A stretch of DNA of 64,000 nucleotides. It comes from a virus. The notes beneath the pieces are model-generated. The model did not search any database. It saw only the letters and a program-made list of their open reading frames with translations, and was not told where the DNA came from. Positions 30,176 through 42,600 of the stretch are shown here, one piece after another; position 1 is the stretch's first letter, and every line of letters begins with the position of its first letter. A program made the translations under genes and the position numbers. The stretch spans positions 32,001 through 96,000 of IMG/VR virus record IMGVR_UViG_3300034072_001149; one strand, written 5' to 3'.

Positions 30176-32047
30176 ATGGCTAACCAAGGATTCCGTAGAT
30201 CATTCAGAACACCTCCGGGGTATTTGAATCAAGAAGCCAACGCTAGAGTGGGCTTATTCAACCAAGTATATCTTGGATTTGTGAAAAACAATGAGGATGC
30301 TTTTAAAAATGGTCGTCTTCAAGTTTGGATTCCTGAATTTTCTACATCACCTGACAATGAGAGTCAGTGGGTAACGGTTCAATATTGTTCTCCTATGGCC
30401 GGTGCGACTCCGGTCAAAGACAATGTCAAAGAAGGCCGAACGCTATCTGATACCCAACAGTCGTATGGTTGGTGGTCCGTGCCGCCTGATGTTGATAATG
30501 AAGTTATCGTAATGTTCATTAACGGTGATCCCAATAGGGGCATTTATATTGGCGGTCTCTATCAGCCGTTTATGAACCACATGGTTCCTGGAATACCTAG
30601 TGCCACCTCTTATCAAGAGGGAGTAGAAGGTCAAGACCCGCCAGTAGCAGAATACAATCGTTGGGATCCAGGTGTGACTGATTCTGACAATCACACTAGA
30701 GCTCGATTTGATCCCCTACACGAGGGTCTAAGAAACCAGGGTCTCTACACCGACCCACAACGCGGTCCAAGCGATGCAGGAGCTCGTAGAGCTCCTGTGA
30801 GCAAAGTATATGGCTTTAAGAGTCCCAAGGGCTCTCATATGGTTTTTGACGATGCTGATGAGAATTCATACATTCGTTTTAGGACCGCATCAGGAGCTCA
30901 AATCCTAATCAATGACTCAGCAGGTTACGTCTATATCATCAGCGCAAACGGTAATAGCTGGTTTGAAATCAGCGACGAAGGAATTGATGGTTATTCGGCT
31001 AATTCTATCAGCTTGCGATCTCAACAAGATATAAACCTTCATGCTGACGGATCCATTAACCAGTATGCCAAGAGACAATGGAATGCTTACGCGGGCGGTG
31101 GTCTCACTATGCAGGGTAAGAGCGTTGATATTTTGAGTGCGTCAACCGCCAATATCAGTGCCAATGGTGATTTGAATCTATTGAGCAATGCCAATGTGAA
31201 TTCAAGCGCAGGTGGTAATTGGAGTGCCCGAGCAGGCGGCACCGCCGCTTTAAATTCTGGTGGAGCCCTTGGCGTAAGTTCAGGGGGTACTCTATTCCTA
31301 CGAGGATCTCAGATCCAACAGAATAGTGGTAGTGGACCTCGAGCTACTGCTGCCAAAGAAGGGTCTGGACCCAGACCTGAGGAACTTGAAGACCGTGAAC
31401 TCAACGTGGAAACAAATTATGAAGAGATTTCTACTAAGACCATTGTCAGTAGAATGCCCACTCATGAACCGTGGTCAGGTCACCCCAATAGTGGATCAGG
31501 ATCTGTCCGTCGTAGGGTTGACTTGAGTGTGAGTACCCGCGTGCAGGTTGACGGTGACGGCAACGTAGCTAGTAATCCAGATGATATCCAGCCCGGTACC
31601 GAGGAAAGTGTTCCAGCAGACAATGCTGAATTTGTGGCTCCATGTTCAGGGGTCGCAGGAAGTCAGTTTGGTCCCAGAACTCCTCCCAAAGCCGGCGCAT
31701 CTTCAATTCACGCCGGATTGGATGTAAGATGTCCAATCGGAACTACTCTTGTAGCAATGCGCGATGGCACCGTTACATTTACAGGTAGAAGAGGCGGATA
31801 CGGTCTTTTCTTAGAAGTCAGACACGATAACGGATACACCACTAGATTTGGTCATTTGAGTTCTATTTCAGCTAAAGTTGGTCAAAAAGTCAAAGCAGGT
31901 CAAGTGGTTGGTAAAACTGGTAATACTGGCAACAGTACTGGTCCACATTTACACTTTGAGATTCGAAAGAATGGAAAACCTATAAATCCAGCAACTAAGT
32001 TGAGGAATACTAAGAGAGGACAACGATTAACCGCTGGTAGAAACTGA
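30176..32047 (+). CDS. Baseplate spike/hub (gp5/VgrG-like OB-fold plus beta-helix) with C-terminal M23 peptidase
   Basis: GRLQVWIP, SYGWW..PPDV; HAGLD, GYG and TGNSTGPHLHFEI motifs. Confidence 0.85.
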   Translation: MANQGFRRSFRTPPGYLNQEANARVGLFNQVYLGFVKNNEDAFKNGRLQVWIPEFSTSPDNESQWVTVQYCSPMAGATPVKDNVKEGRTLSDTQQSYGWWSVPPDVDNEVIVMFINGDPNRGIYIGGLYQPFMNHMVPGIPSATSYQEGVEGQDPPVAEYNRWDPGVTDSDNHTRARFDPLHEGLRNQGLYTDPQRGPSDAGARRAPVSKVYGFKSPKGSHMVFDDADENSYIRFRTASGAQILINDSAGYVYIISANGNSWFEISDEGIDGYSANSISLRSQQDINLHADGSINQYAKRQWNAYAGGGLTMQGKSVDILSASTANISANGDLNLLSNANVNSSAGGNWSARAGGTAALNSGGALGVSSGGTLFLRGSQIQQNSGSGPRATAAKEGSGPRPEELEDRELNVETNYEEISTKTIVSRMPTHEPWSGHPNSGSGSVRRRVDLSVSTRVQVDGDGNVASNPDDIQPGTEESVPADNAEFVAPCSGVAGSQFGPRTPPKAGASSIHAGLDVRCPIGTTLVAMRDGTVTFTGRRGGYGLFLEVRHDNGYTTRFGHLSSISAKVGQKVKAGQVVGKTGNTGNSTGPHLHFEIRKNGKPINPATKLRNTKRGQRLTAGRN

Positions 32048-32049
32048 TA

Positions 32050-32075
32050 AAAATGGGGGCGCAAGCCCCCATTTT
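32050..32075. terminator. Bidirectional terminator
   Basis: AAAATGGGGGC-GCAA-GCCCCCATTTT. Confidence 0.8.
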
Positions 32076-32680
32076 CACAACCGGTTTGGAATGCCCTTTA
32101 TTGGGCTTAGACCACGGGTTTCGCGCATCATGTTGATGAACATGGCGCCTTGCTCAATGGCATCGTCAATCGCCACATGGGTATGTGGAAGATCATCAAA
32201 CCAATGCTTTGGCATTGTTCGTTTGCTACAGCTTTGGAAGTGTCGACCCATCACTGCCCAAGCATAACTCTTGACATCCACCGCTCGGCTAAAGCTGAAC
32301 GGATTGTTACCAAGATACTTGACGCAATAATAATCAATCCATTTGAAATCATATACAGCAGGATATCCTACAAAGATAGGTTGACCTGGTAATGTTTTTA
32401 ACCAATCAGCATATGCCCTCATGGCTTGTGCGGGAGGCTGAGTATTAACTCTGGTTGCCGCATATGCTTTTTTGTTTGCTTCGCTTTCGTTCCAGAACTC
32501 AGTTGTTTCTGGGCTGGGAGAAGCACCTTCCATAAGATCCAAGTTGGCTTCAAATGTTCCAACTAGGTTCTTTTCTACATCAAACGCCGCAGTGGCAAAG
32601 CTGAGCATACTAGAGAGACCTGGGCATTTGCCGTCGGCCTCAATATCGGTCATACAGTAGATTTCTTGCTTGCCGCCCAT
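32075..32680 (-). CDS. DEDDh 3'-5' exonuclease (Rv2179c/RNase T-like)
   Basis: DIEADG, YD and HTHVAIDDAIEQ motifs; likely start MGGKQ at 32680. Confidence 0.8.
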   Translation of the reverse strand: MGGKQEIYCMTDIEADGKCPGLSSMLSFATAAFDVEKNLVGTFEANLDLMEGASPSPETTEFWNESEANKKAYAATRVNTQPPAQAMRAYADWLKTLPGQPIFVGYPAVYDFKWIDYYCVKYLGNNPFSFSRAVDVKSYAWAVMGRHFQSCSKRTMPKHWFDDLPHTHVAIDDAIEQGAMFINMMRETRGLSPIKGIPNRL

Positions 32681-32711
32681 GTGCTCGCTTCCTGATCGCT
32701 TTGCGCGATTC

Positions 32712-32957
32712 TTAGGCTTGAGTATCGGGATCGCTTTTGACCTTTTTGGCCGCTTTGCGTTCAGCAAAACGGTCTTCGGGAGTCATAACCCAATTGGGAT
32801 TTTTCTCCTCTGGACTTTTGAGTTCAGGAGTATTGATTTTGTTTCTGGTTTTGGGTCTCTGCGTGATTAACGGAGAGACTGAAACCTTTTCAACACTATT
32901 GAATTTTTCGCGATCCGCTATTGCTTTAGGATCGCCTGTTTTGGTAGGCTTTTCCAT
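32712..32957 (-). CDS. Hypothetical protein
   Basis: TTGACA...GCTATAAA promoter immediately upstream. Confidence 0.55.
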   Translation of the reverse strand: MEKPTKTGDPKAIADREKFNSVEKVSVSPLITQRPKTRNKINTPELKSPEEKNPNWVMTPEDRFAERKAAKKVKSDPDTQA

Positions 32958-33018
32958 ATTTCCTACTTTATAGCACCTATTGCCAGCATGTCAAGAATTG
33001 GTTCTCATAAAATGCGCA

Positions 33019-33037
33019 GTTTATACACCGATAAATA
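33019..33037 (+). promoter_or_regulatory. Late promoter GTTTAT-N7-TAAATA (representative copy)
   Basis: Same spacing at 14370, 25303, 47610 and (minus strand) 14363; core TAAATA also at 7406, 9027, 11917, 16807, 17018, 17972, 47007 and 55229. Confidence 0.7.
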
Positions 33038-33058
33038 TCAATATATTGGAGGGATCGC

Positions 33059-33442
33059 ATGACGCAACGCAGATTGTTTGTTGGCTTTAGCACTCAAGAA
33101 ATGGAAGGCAAACGTGGTTGGTCGGTAACTGATATTGAGCTCATCAAGCGCGACCTTCTAAATCATTTCTATACTCGTAGAGGTGAAAGGGTGATGCTGC
33201 CAACATATGGTACCATTATCTGGGATCTGCTTTTTGAACCATTCACTGACTCCGTTAAGGCCTCAGTTGAAGCTGATGTAAAAAGAGTGGTGAGGAGTGA
33301 CCCCCGAGTTGTTCTACAGAATGTCAATGCCTCTACTTCTGCGTATGGCATAACCATAGCCATTGAACTCAAGTATGTTCCATATGATTCAGTTGGAACA
33401 TTTGCTTTGGAGTTTGATCGTCGCTCCCTTGAGAGGAATTAA
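33059..33442 (+). CDS. Baseplate wedge subunit (T4 gp25-like)
   Basis: DLLNHFYTRRGERVMLPTYG..IWDLLFEP and DPRV motifs. Confidence 0.9.
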   Translation: MTQRRLFVGFSTQEMEGKRGWSVTDIELIKRDLLNHFYTRRGERVMLPTYGTIIWDLLFEPFTDSVKASVEADVKRVVRSDPRVVLQNVNASTSAYGITIAIELKYVPYDSVGTFALEFDRRSLERN

Positions 33443-33444
33443 GA

Positions 33445-36400
33445 ATGTCACAATCAAACCGCCAGAGTGAACTATTCGCTGGTAACGACTGGCTAGCTGC
33501 CTATAGAGCGTTTACTGAAGTCAACCTTAACGCTTTTGACTTCAACACCATTCGCAGTGCCATGGTGGAGTATATTCGCCGCAACTATCCAGAGGATTTC
33601 AACGACTGGATTGAGTCGAGCGAGTTTGTTGCTCTAATTGATCTCTTGGCATATCTTGGGCAGTCTCTGGCATTCAGAACTGACATCAATGCTCGCGAAA
33701 ACTTTCTTGATGCCGCTCGTCGTCGAGAATCTATTCTTCGTCTGGCCCGTTCTCTTTCCTATAACGCTAAGAGAAACTACCCAGCTAGAGGCTTGGTCAA
33801 ACTAACTGAGATTCGTTCTACATTTGACGTTTATGACTCAACAGGTAGAAACCTTAACAACATTGCGATTAGATGGGATGATCCTAATAACCCAGATTGG
33901 TTTGAACAATGGGTTATTGTGCTCAATGCTTCTTTGATAGAAACCAATCCCTTTGGTGTTCCTCTTAAAACTGAGAATATCGATGGTATTGAAACCCAAC
34001 TTTATCGAGTTGATAATGTTCCTACAACAGCAGGAAATTATCCGTTCAGTGCTACGGTAAACAACCAGTCATATAACTTTGATATCTGTAATGCTGACTT
34101 CAATACATCATATGGATTCGTGGAAAGAGAACCAGATCCAAACGGACCTTTCCATCTAATCTATCGTTCAGATGGTAACGGAAATAGCTCGCCCAATACT
34201 GGTTTCTTTCTGTATTTCAAGCAAGGAACACTTCAGAAAAGTGACTTCTCCATAAGTGAACCACAGGAAAACAGGTCCATCTTCATTGATACCGCCGGTA
34301 TCAATGAAACTGACGTATGGGTTCAATCGGTTGACGACTTTGGGTCTCTTATTCCTGACGGTTCATGGACAAGGGTTGGTCATGTCCCAAGTGACGATAT
34401 CGTAAAGGTTCTGCTGACAACTGAAAACATTACCTACAATTCTATTGATGTTGATATTCAAAACATCTTCCAAGTGGTAACACAGGAACAGGATCGTATT
34501 GCTTTGCGCTTTGGTGATGGCCGTTTTGGTCTGTCCCCTGTTGGAAATCTTAGAATTTGGTATCGAGTTTCTGCCAATCAGAATCTGAATATTCGCCCCG
34601 AAGACATGCAGGGCTTGGCAATCAATGTTCCGTTCTTTGCTCGCAACAATACTCAGAAGCGTCTGACTTTGACGTTTGCTCTACAAGAAGCCGTTAACAA
34701 CGGTGTCAATAGCGAGAGCAATGCTGATGTTAGACGTAGAGCTGCTCGTGTCTATGGCACCCAAGGTCGTATGGTTAGCGGTGCAGATTATAATGAACTA
34801 CCAGTTCAAACAAACCTAGCCGTTCGTTTGAAGGCAGTCAATCGAGTGTATTCAGGACAGAGCCGATTTATTGATCTGAATGATCCAACTGGTAACTATC
34901 AAAATACCAAGGTTTTCGCTGACGATGGTGCGTTCTATCTGCTGGAGAAAAACGAGTCCCTAGAAGTTTCACAAACAGTTGCCAGTGTTGATGAAATGAT
35001 CAACAACTATATTGCTGATGTGGCGGCAAGCATTCCTCTTCGAGATTTCTATAGCAATTGGCTTTATAAAAGCCTCCCCCAGGGAACTGATATCTATGTT
35101 CCATCGTTCAACCGTTTTTCAAATGACTATACGGCCAAATCAGAAGTGCGTCGCGAAGTCAGGGAAAATCTAGAACTGAATAGAACTTTTGCTCTTGGTT
35201 TCAACAATGAACCAGGTGAAGGTTGGTATGTATTGACTTCAAGTGAAGTCAATCCCGACTTGGACGACCCATATGAATTCATATCATCAGCATCACCTGG
35301 ACCAAATAGCTGGTTGATCCATGTTGAATTCAATAATAACTTTTGGAGGATCACTAGCCGTGGCCTCAACTATGTATTTGAATCAGAGAGGGATTGTAAA
35401 TTCTTTTTTGTAAGCGAATACAAGAGCATTGACCCTAATACTGGTAGATCAGGATCAGATACTGTCAGTCTTTTGAAATCTCCTAATAATTTCAAGGGTG
35501 TAGTCCTGACGAACAACGAGGGCGGGCAGAATCGACTTGCCTCGGATCTAGTGTTGAAGCTTGAAGCACCTTTTATCTACGATGATGGTTTCCATGAGCC
35601 ATCAAGAGTGAAGGTTCGTTTCAATGACCGTCAATCTGATGGTATTCCAGATGTGCCATTTACATACCAGGCTCTTAAGAATATCAGTACAGATGACCAG
35701 GGTCGCCTCAACCAATTGGTATTGGTTCATCTGAACTCTACTGATACTGACGGTTATCCAGTTCAGCGTCTCATCAAACGATTAGAACCAGAGATTACTC
35801 AACTGTTGCCTGGTGAATATGGGTATGTAGAAAGAATAGACAACGGCAATGTAGTGGATATCTATAAAGGAAATCCAGGATATTTGATTCCTAGATCTTC
35901 TGATATTGTTGGCAATTCACTGCGCTTGAATGATCAACCAACTGACTACCTGGTGGATGGACAATCCTTTACGGTAAGAGAAGGTGTGAATAATTTGGTT
36001 TACCAATGGAACCACTTTGCTCCTAGTAGTCACCGTATTGATCCGGCGATCTCTAATATCATTGATATATTTGTTCTTACCAGAGAGTATAATGATGCGA
36101 TGATAAGCTGGCGCAATGCAGGAGCAAATCCAGCTGACATGCCAAAGGCGCCGAGTGAACTGAATTTGAGAACTACCTTCAACCCTCTTGAAGAATTCAA
36201 GATGTTCTCTGATGAAATAGTCTGGCGCCCTGTCAAATTCAAGCTGCTATTCGGACAGAGTGCTGAACCACAGTTTAGAAGCAAGTTTAAGATTGTAAAA
36301 CTCGCAGGAACTTCAATGTCTGATGGTGAAATCAAATCCAGAGTGATCGAAGCCATACGAGATTTCTTCGAAGTAAATAACTGGGACTTTGGTGAGACAT

Positions 36401-36609
36401 TCTTCTTTTCTGAGCTAGGTGCCTATATTCATAGGCAGTTGGCTACAGCAATCTCAAGTGTGGAACTTGTCCCAGTCTTGAATGATAGTTATTTTGGTAA
36501 CTTGCGTGAAATTAGGTGCGCTCCTGACGAGCTTTTCTTTGCTACCGCACAAGTAAGCGATGTGGATATCATCACAGCAAATACCCCGACAAACCTTAGG
36601 ATTAGGTAA
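33445..36609 (+). CDS. Baseplate wedge protein (T4 gp6/baseplate J-like)
   Basis: FDFNTIR, DLLAY, ENFLDAARRRESI, FGDG.FG and QGRMVSGADY motifs. Confidence 0.9.
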   Translation: MSQSNRQSELFAGNDWLAAYRAFTEVNLNAFDFNTIRSAMVEYIRRNYPEDFNDWIESSEFVALIDLLAYLGQSLAFRTDINARENFLDAARRRESILRLARSLSYNAKRNYPARGLVKLTEIRSTFDVYDSTGRNLNNIAIRWDDPNNPDWFEQWVIVLNASLIETNPFGVPLKTENIDGIETQLYRVDNVPTTAGNYPFSATVNNQSYNFDICNADFNTSYGFVEREPDPNGPFHLIYRSDGNGNSSPNTGFFLYFKQGTLQKSDFSISEPQENRSIFIDTAGINETDVWVQSVDDFGSLIPDGSWTRVGHVPSDDIVKVLLTTENITYNSIDVDIQNIFQVVTQEQDRIALRFGDGRFGLSPVGNLRIWYRVSANQNLNIRPEDMQGLAINVPFFARNNTQKRLTLTFALQEAVNNGVNSESNADVRRRAARVYGTQGRMVSGADYNELPVQTNLAVRLKAVNRVYSGQSRFIDLNDPTGNYQNTKVFADDGAFYLLEKNESLEVSQTVASVDEMINNYIADVAASIPLRDFYSNWLYKSLPQGTDIYVPSFNRFSNDYTAKSEVRREVRENLELNRTFALGFNNEPGEGWYVLTSSEVNPDLDDPYEFISSASPGPNSWLIHVEFNNNFWRITSRGLNYVFESERDCKFFFVSEYKSIDPNTGRSGSDTVSLLKSPNNFKGVVLTNNEGGQNRLASDLVLKLEAPFIYDDGFHEPSRVKVRFNDRQSDGIPDVPFTYQALKNISTDDQGRLNQLVLVHLNSTDTDGYPVQRLIKRLEPEITQLLPGEYGYVERIDNGNVVDIYKGNPGYLIPRSSDIVGNSLRLNDQPTDYLVDGQSFTVREGVNNLVYQWNHFAPSSHRIDPAISNIIDIFVLTREYNDAMISWRNAGANPADMPKAPSELNLRTTFNPLEEFKMFSDEIVWRPVKFKLLFGQSAEPQFRSKFKIVKLAGTSMSDGEIKSRVIEAIRDFFEVNNWDFGETFFFSELGAYIHRQLATAISSVELVPVLNDSYFGNLREIRCAPDELFFATAQVSDVDIITANTPTNLRIR

Positions 36610-39600
36610 TGGCCAAAAATACTCGTAATAACCCGTTTGCTTTTACACCAATAGTCTTGGATCAGGACTCTCACGAAAAGCGTCGAGTTATCAGACAACT
36701 TCCTGCTGTCCATCAGACAGAGACACTACAAAAGTTTTTTGGTTCTTCTGTTGATCATCTTTTTGATCCAGGCAAAGGTAAGCCTATCAATGGATATGTG
36801 GGACAAAAGCCTCTCTGGTATGAACCAAATCAGGACTATTACCTTGAAGAATCAACTGACGATAGGAACTTCTACCAGCTTGAACCAAGCATGGTTAGCA
36901 AGAATTCCGAAGGTGAATTGACTGATCTGCTGCCTTATCCCGATTTGATCAACCAATTGCGATTCCAAGGCGCGCTGGTTAACAATCATAATCGTCTGTT
37001 CTCGCAGGACTTCTACACCTGGTGCCCTCCTATCGACTTGGATAAGATTGTCAATTTTAGACAGTATGTCTGGTTACCCTCGGATGCGTCTGAAATCAAT
37101 GACAACGCTATTATCCTAAAGGGTCCTACTGTCACGTACAATAGCACTGGTAGTGATACCGTCTATAGTTTGCCTGGTTTTGAAACTGGCGGCAATGTTG
37201 ATCTTCAGAACTATTATGATACGTCGGTTCTAACCTCGGATCTCATTATAGCCGAAGTTGATGGTGAACCAAAATCATTCACCTATACGACTGGTCAAAC
37301 CACTATTACGTTTGATCAGAGGCCACCTGCTGACGCAACCGTGTCGATTTCAGTTTATAGTGATCTAGAAAACAACGCTATTGGATTGTCTAGAGCTAAC
37401 CCTGATGCCTTCGGTGGCGTTTCATTGAGCTCTGGAATGCGCGTTATCATTCTCAAGGATAAGAACAGCGATTTCAATCCAGCTGATGTGTTCATAGTAG
37501 AGGGCGTTGGCCAGAGCATCTTCCTTTTGAATGAAAAGGATTATGTTGGTGGATCGCAGTCTGATTACATGGTCATGGCACGCGGTGCTACCAATAGAAA
37601 CGAATGGTCAACTGGAAATCGCTGGTTCCACGTATCCACGTTGCCAACCAATCTAGATCCTGATTTTGTTCTACGTCAGAGAGCAAAGCGTCCCATCATT
37701 GAATTCAACCGAGATTTGGAACTCCATAACTATGGTCTTCGTCGTCGCCTTGATGTTGATTTAGTGATTGAGGATATTGAAGATCTAAATGGATTTTTGA
37801 ACCAAAGCCCACAGTCTGCTACCTTTTCAGGTATTCAGGTATCATGTGTTGCCAACAATCAGATCAATGTTTCGGCAACCAATCCCGTTACGAATCTACC
37901 GTATGGCAATGTAGACAGCATCAGAGTGTTGGTTCGCAACACTGTCAATCCTCTACTCAACAACAATATCTTGGTTCTAGTAAACCAGGGTAACGTTCTC
38001 AAACTGATCCTAGAAACTGATGGTGAGAACCCTTCAGGTGAACCGGTGGTTGGCGAAGTCGTAAAGATTCTACTAGGATTCTATGCTGGTAAGAATCTTA
38101 ATTGGGATGGAGCCAATTGGGTTCTAAGCCAAAACAAGGGTGATGTAAATCAGTATCCTCTATTCGAACTCTATGATTTGAATGGAAATAATCTTGCTGA
38201 TCCTGTGCTTTATCCAAATTCGAATTTTGCAGGTTCAAGACTGTTTTCTTACAAGGAAGACCGATCTGGTCTACGTCCATCGGATCCAATCCTTGATATG
38301 CCTTTGGTGTATGACAACAAGGGGCAGATTCTGTTTGAAAACTATCTGAGCACTGAGAAGTATCAGTATGTGGTTGCAGGTCGATTCCTTGATATTGAAG
38401 GATTTTACTTCCACAAAGTTGGAAATATTGATCCTTCACAAGAAACTCTCAGCAACGACTGGCACAAAGCACCTCAGAAGACTCGTCAGTTCATGGTTGA
38501 TCGTTACGTAAGTGATGGTAGAACCAAGCTGTTCCAGATCAGCCAGGATGCTCTTGAAATTTCGGTTTCAAGAGGAAGAGTAAACTCTGACAATTCTTTT
38601 GAACAAACGGTTCTTGTTGAAGATAGTGATTTCATCCGAGTTGATAGACAGATATTCATCCTAAACATTCAGTTGGGAGATATCATTGAAATCAGGACAT
38701 TCAACCCAGCAAATCCTCCGGCTGATGCCAAGGGTTTTTATGAGGTTCCACTAAATCTACAGGCGAATCCTGACAACTCTGAAGTCTCTGATATGACCAA
38801 GGGTGATTTCTTTGATCACTTCTCTGAGATTATGAAACGACAGGAGGGTTTCGAGGGAGCAGAATACTCAACCAACAATTACCGTGATACTGCCAAACTT
38901 CCTAACCTTGGAACCAATATTATCCAACATTCTGCTGGCTTGCTGAAGACAATGCTGTTGGCTAGCCAGAGCCAATTGGATATCACCTCAGCAATTCGAT
39001 TTGTTGAATCAGAATACGCTCGCTTCAAAGATAAATTCCAGCAGAAGATTCTGTCATACTCTATCAACAACCGAATTGGTAATGCTGCGACATATGACAC
39101 TTGGATCAATACCGCTCTAACTGAACTGAACAAAGGCAAGACAAAAAGTTTTCCTTTTTACCTGAGCGGTATGGCAAAGAACGGAACTAATCAGCTTCCT
39201 ACCTTTATTCCCCCTACTCCAAGTTATCTAGGAGTATATCCCCTGTACACCCCTGAGATCATCTCTCAAGAGGTCGACGGCGCAGACGATGTATGGTTCG
39301 TTCGAGGTCACGACGGTTCTCTAACGCAGGGACAGAACGAAACAGTAGCTAGAGTAATGCTGGCACTGGAACAGAGAATCTTTGACAGTGTTCCTGCACC
39401 TATTCGCGAGCGCGAACGTCCAGTTTGTGACTTCCAGACGTCATATGGTGATCAATACCGCAGTAACGACTATTCTTACGAAGAATACCTCCAGATTCTT
39501 CGTCCTTCTTTTGAGCGTTGGGCAGTGTCCTTTAGATTGGATCCAAGGGAAAATGATCTCAGCCAAGATACCTTGGAAGCAAAGATTAACCTAAAGGCCA

Positions 39601-42600
39601 ACCCTTGGACATGGAACTGGTCTTCTGCTAGAACACAAACCGGTGAAAAGGTTCCAGGCAACTGGCGCGGTATATATGAGAAGTTCTTTGGAACTCAGCG
39701 CCCTGACCTGACCCCTTGGGAATCTCTTGGGTTTTCGATTAAGCCTGAATGGTGGGATGATCGTTATGGGCCTGCTCCTTACACTAGCGAGAATCTAGTT
39801 CTTTGGGAAGATCTAGAACGTGGATATATCCACGATGGAGACCGAAAAGGCATCAATCAGGAGTGGGCACGTCCTGGTCTTCGTGACTACATGCCAGTTG
39901 ATGCTAGAGGTCGTCTCCGCCATCCAGGTCCTAGAGATCTAATCGCTCTTAATGATGTTACCATAGATACTGATCTAGCCTATGCTAGCGATCCCCTAAT
40001 GTGGGAAGACACTAGAGACGACGGCGTTCTTGGTTGTGGCATCTGCACTACGGTTCCACTAGTTCAAGAACGAAAGGCTGATTGGGAATGGGGCGACATT
40101 GGTCCTGTAGAACAAACATGGAGAAGGACTAGTAACTTTGCGTTTGCGGTCGCGACCGCATCATACCTGATGAAGCCAGCTAGCTTTGTTGAAATGGGTT
40201 GGAACACCCAAGATATGAGCTTGTTCTTCAAGGGCACAATGAGTGAGCAGTATCTAAACCAAGATACCAAGGGACGTCCTGCTCATCGTGAACTTCAAGT
40301 CCATGGTGAAGTTCTGGAGGATTTCAGTCTTGTTACCAAGGTTGGTATCCAACAGTGGATAAGCGACTTCCTGACTAGCAGAAATACAGCAATCAATAGC
40401 AACCTGGCTGAAAGAGTCAGAGGCCTTGGTGCGCAGCTGAGTTATAAAATCGCCGGATTTACTGATTCAACAACACTTGGTGTTGTGAGCGATGCGTTTG
40501 GCAGAGTTCCTAGTGAAGACGTAACGGTGGCATTGTTTAGAAGCCCCAGCGTGCGAGAGGAAACTTATAGTGGCGTTGCCATTGAATACACTGGTCGCGG
40601 CTATGAAGTTTTTGGTTATGATGTTTTGAATCCATACTTTCCTACCCTACCTCCTGCAGTAAACGGTGGAAAGATCAGCGTTGGTGATGGATTGGGAAGC
40701 GTCTCTATTCCAACCTGGCGTCCGACTACCTATTTCAGTGTAGGAATTACAGTTCGTTTTCAGGATAACTTCTATCGAGCCGTAAGGACCCATACCTCAG
40801 CTACCTTCTTTGAAGATGAGTTCTGGACTCAAGTTTCTCGTCCTCAGTTCGCTGACGGAACTGCTTTGATCTGGTATACTGAGGGTGAAATTGAACCAGT
40901 AGTGGAAAAGATTGCCTATGGAACCGTCTTCAAAGATCCACAGGAAGTAGCTGATTTCTTGAATGGTTATGAACGTTATCTAGAATCCAAGGGCTGGATT
41001 TTTGAAAACGTGGGCGAAGATGAGTCAGAGGTGCGCGATTGGAAATCTGCTCTGAAAAGCTTCATTACATGGAGTAATGCAGAAGCTAGAGTAGCTGGTG
41101 ATTTCATTAGTTTGAGTCCAGCTAGCCGTTTGATTCAGTTTGCTACTGATCAAGGAACGATCCAGCCTATTGAACAGATTGTCAATGGACTTTATGCCAT
41201 TGTCGATCAAAATGGTCAGCCAATTGACAATCAGGTGACTAGGGTTGTCCGTAATGACGGTAATGTAAGCATTACCTGTGATAACTCTACATCTGGTATT
41301 TTTGGTCTCCGTCTCTACATTAGTGAAATGGAGCACGTCTTGGTATTCAATAATACCACGATCTTTGGCGATACCATTTATAGCCCATTGCTGAATATCA
41401 AGCAGCCAAGACTCCGTCTACAAGGATTCAAGACCGTTGCTTGGAAGGGTAGGATTGACGCACCTGGTTTCATTATCACTGGCGACACGTTGACGCCAAA
41501 CTTTGAAAGATCAGCTGACGATTTCCGTAGATTCTTTGATATTGAATCAATGGAAAATAAAAAGCTACAGGATCGCGCTCGCGCAAACTTTGGTTATGAG
41601 GAAAAAGAATACCTCAATAACCTATTGCTGACGCCTACTAATCAGTTTGAATTCTACCAGGGTATGATTCAACAAAAGGGCTCGCCAACCTCTATGCGTC
41701 GCCTACTTCGCTCGAACTTTATTCGCCACAACAAAGGGCTACAACTGTTCGAGGAATGGGCTTTCCGTGTGGGTGATTATGGCGGTCAGGAAGTTTCTCC
41801 ACAGCTTGATATTTTGATTCGTCAAAGTGAATTCAAGCATAACCCCCAGATGATTCAGTTCAGCAATGTTCAATCTCCAAATTCTTTTGGTATTATTGAT
41901 GTTGTTGACGAAAACGTTGGACAAGATAATCGCACGCTAGACGAACGTTGGCAGTGGCGCCCGGATATGCAGAATATCAACTGGCCTCTAGCTGATTTCG
42001 GCCAAGGTGACGCGCCACTACCAACGGCAGGCTATGTGAATTTGAGTGAAGTGCGATTCACAGTTGCTACAAATTCTGCTTTTGAAAACTTTTTTGGAGA
42101 GCAGGAGGCAACCGCCGATCCAATTCAGGATGGTGATCGCGTATGGGTTTATGGTATTGGTAGTGGAGATCCAAGTAGTGCTTGGATGACCTATAGATTC
42201 ACTGATACCAACTATGATATGGTCAACTCCTTTGTTCCTTCACATGCGGATCAAGGACTGGTCATTCAGGTTCAAAACGACCTACAGGGTATTGTTGATA
42301 TCAATACTGACCCAACACAAACGCCAGTTTTTGTTGCTCAAAACCTTGTTTCCAATGAGGTCGACGATAATGGATTGACGATTTCCGGTGAACGTTTGAT
42401 TCTCAGGGATATTGTCGGATCTGACATCAATCCACTGGCGACTTATATCCCCAAGGTTTTCAACCGAGCAAGTGTTACTCTTGACTCAACAACCGGGTCT
42501 GAGACTTTTGTCATGGGCCTATATCCCGAAGCCAAGCAGATCATTCGTAAGATTCGAGTAATAATTGATGAAGCTTTTGATGAAGGATCTACCCTACAGA

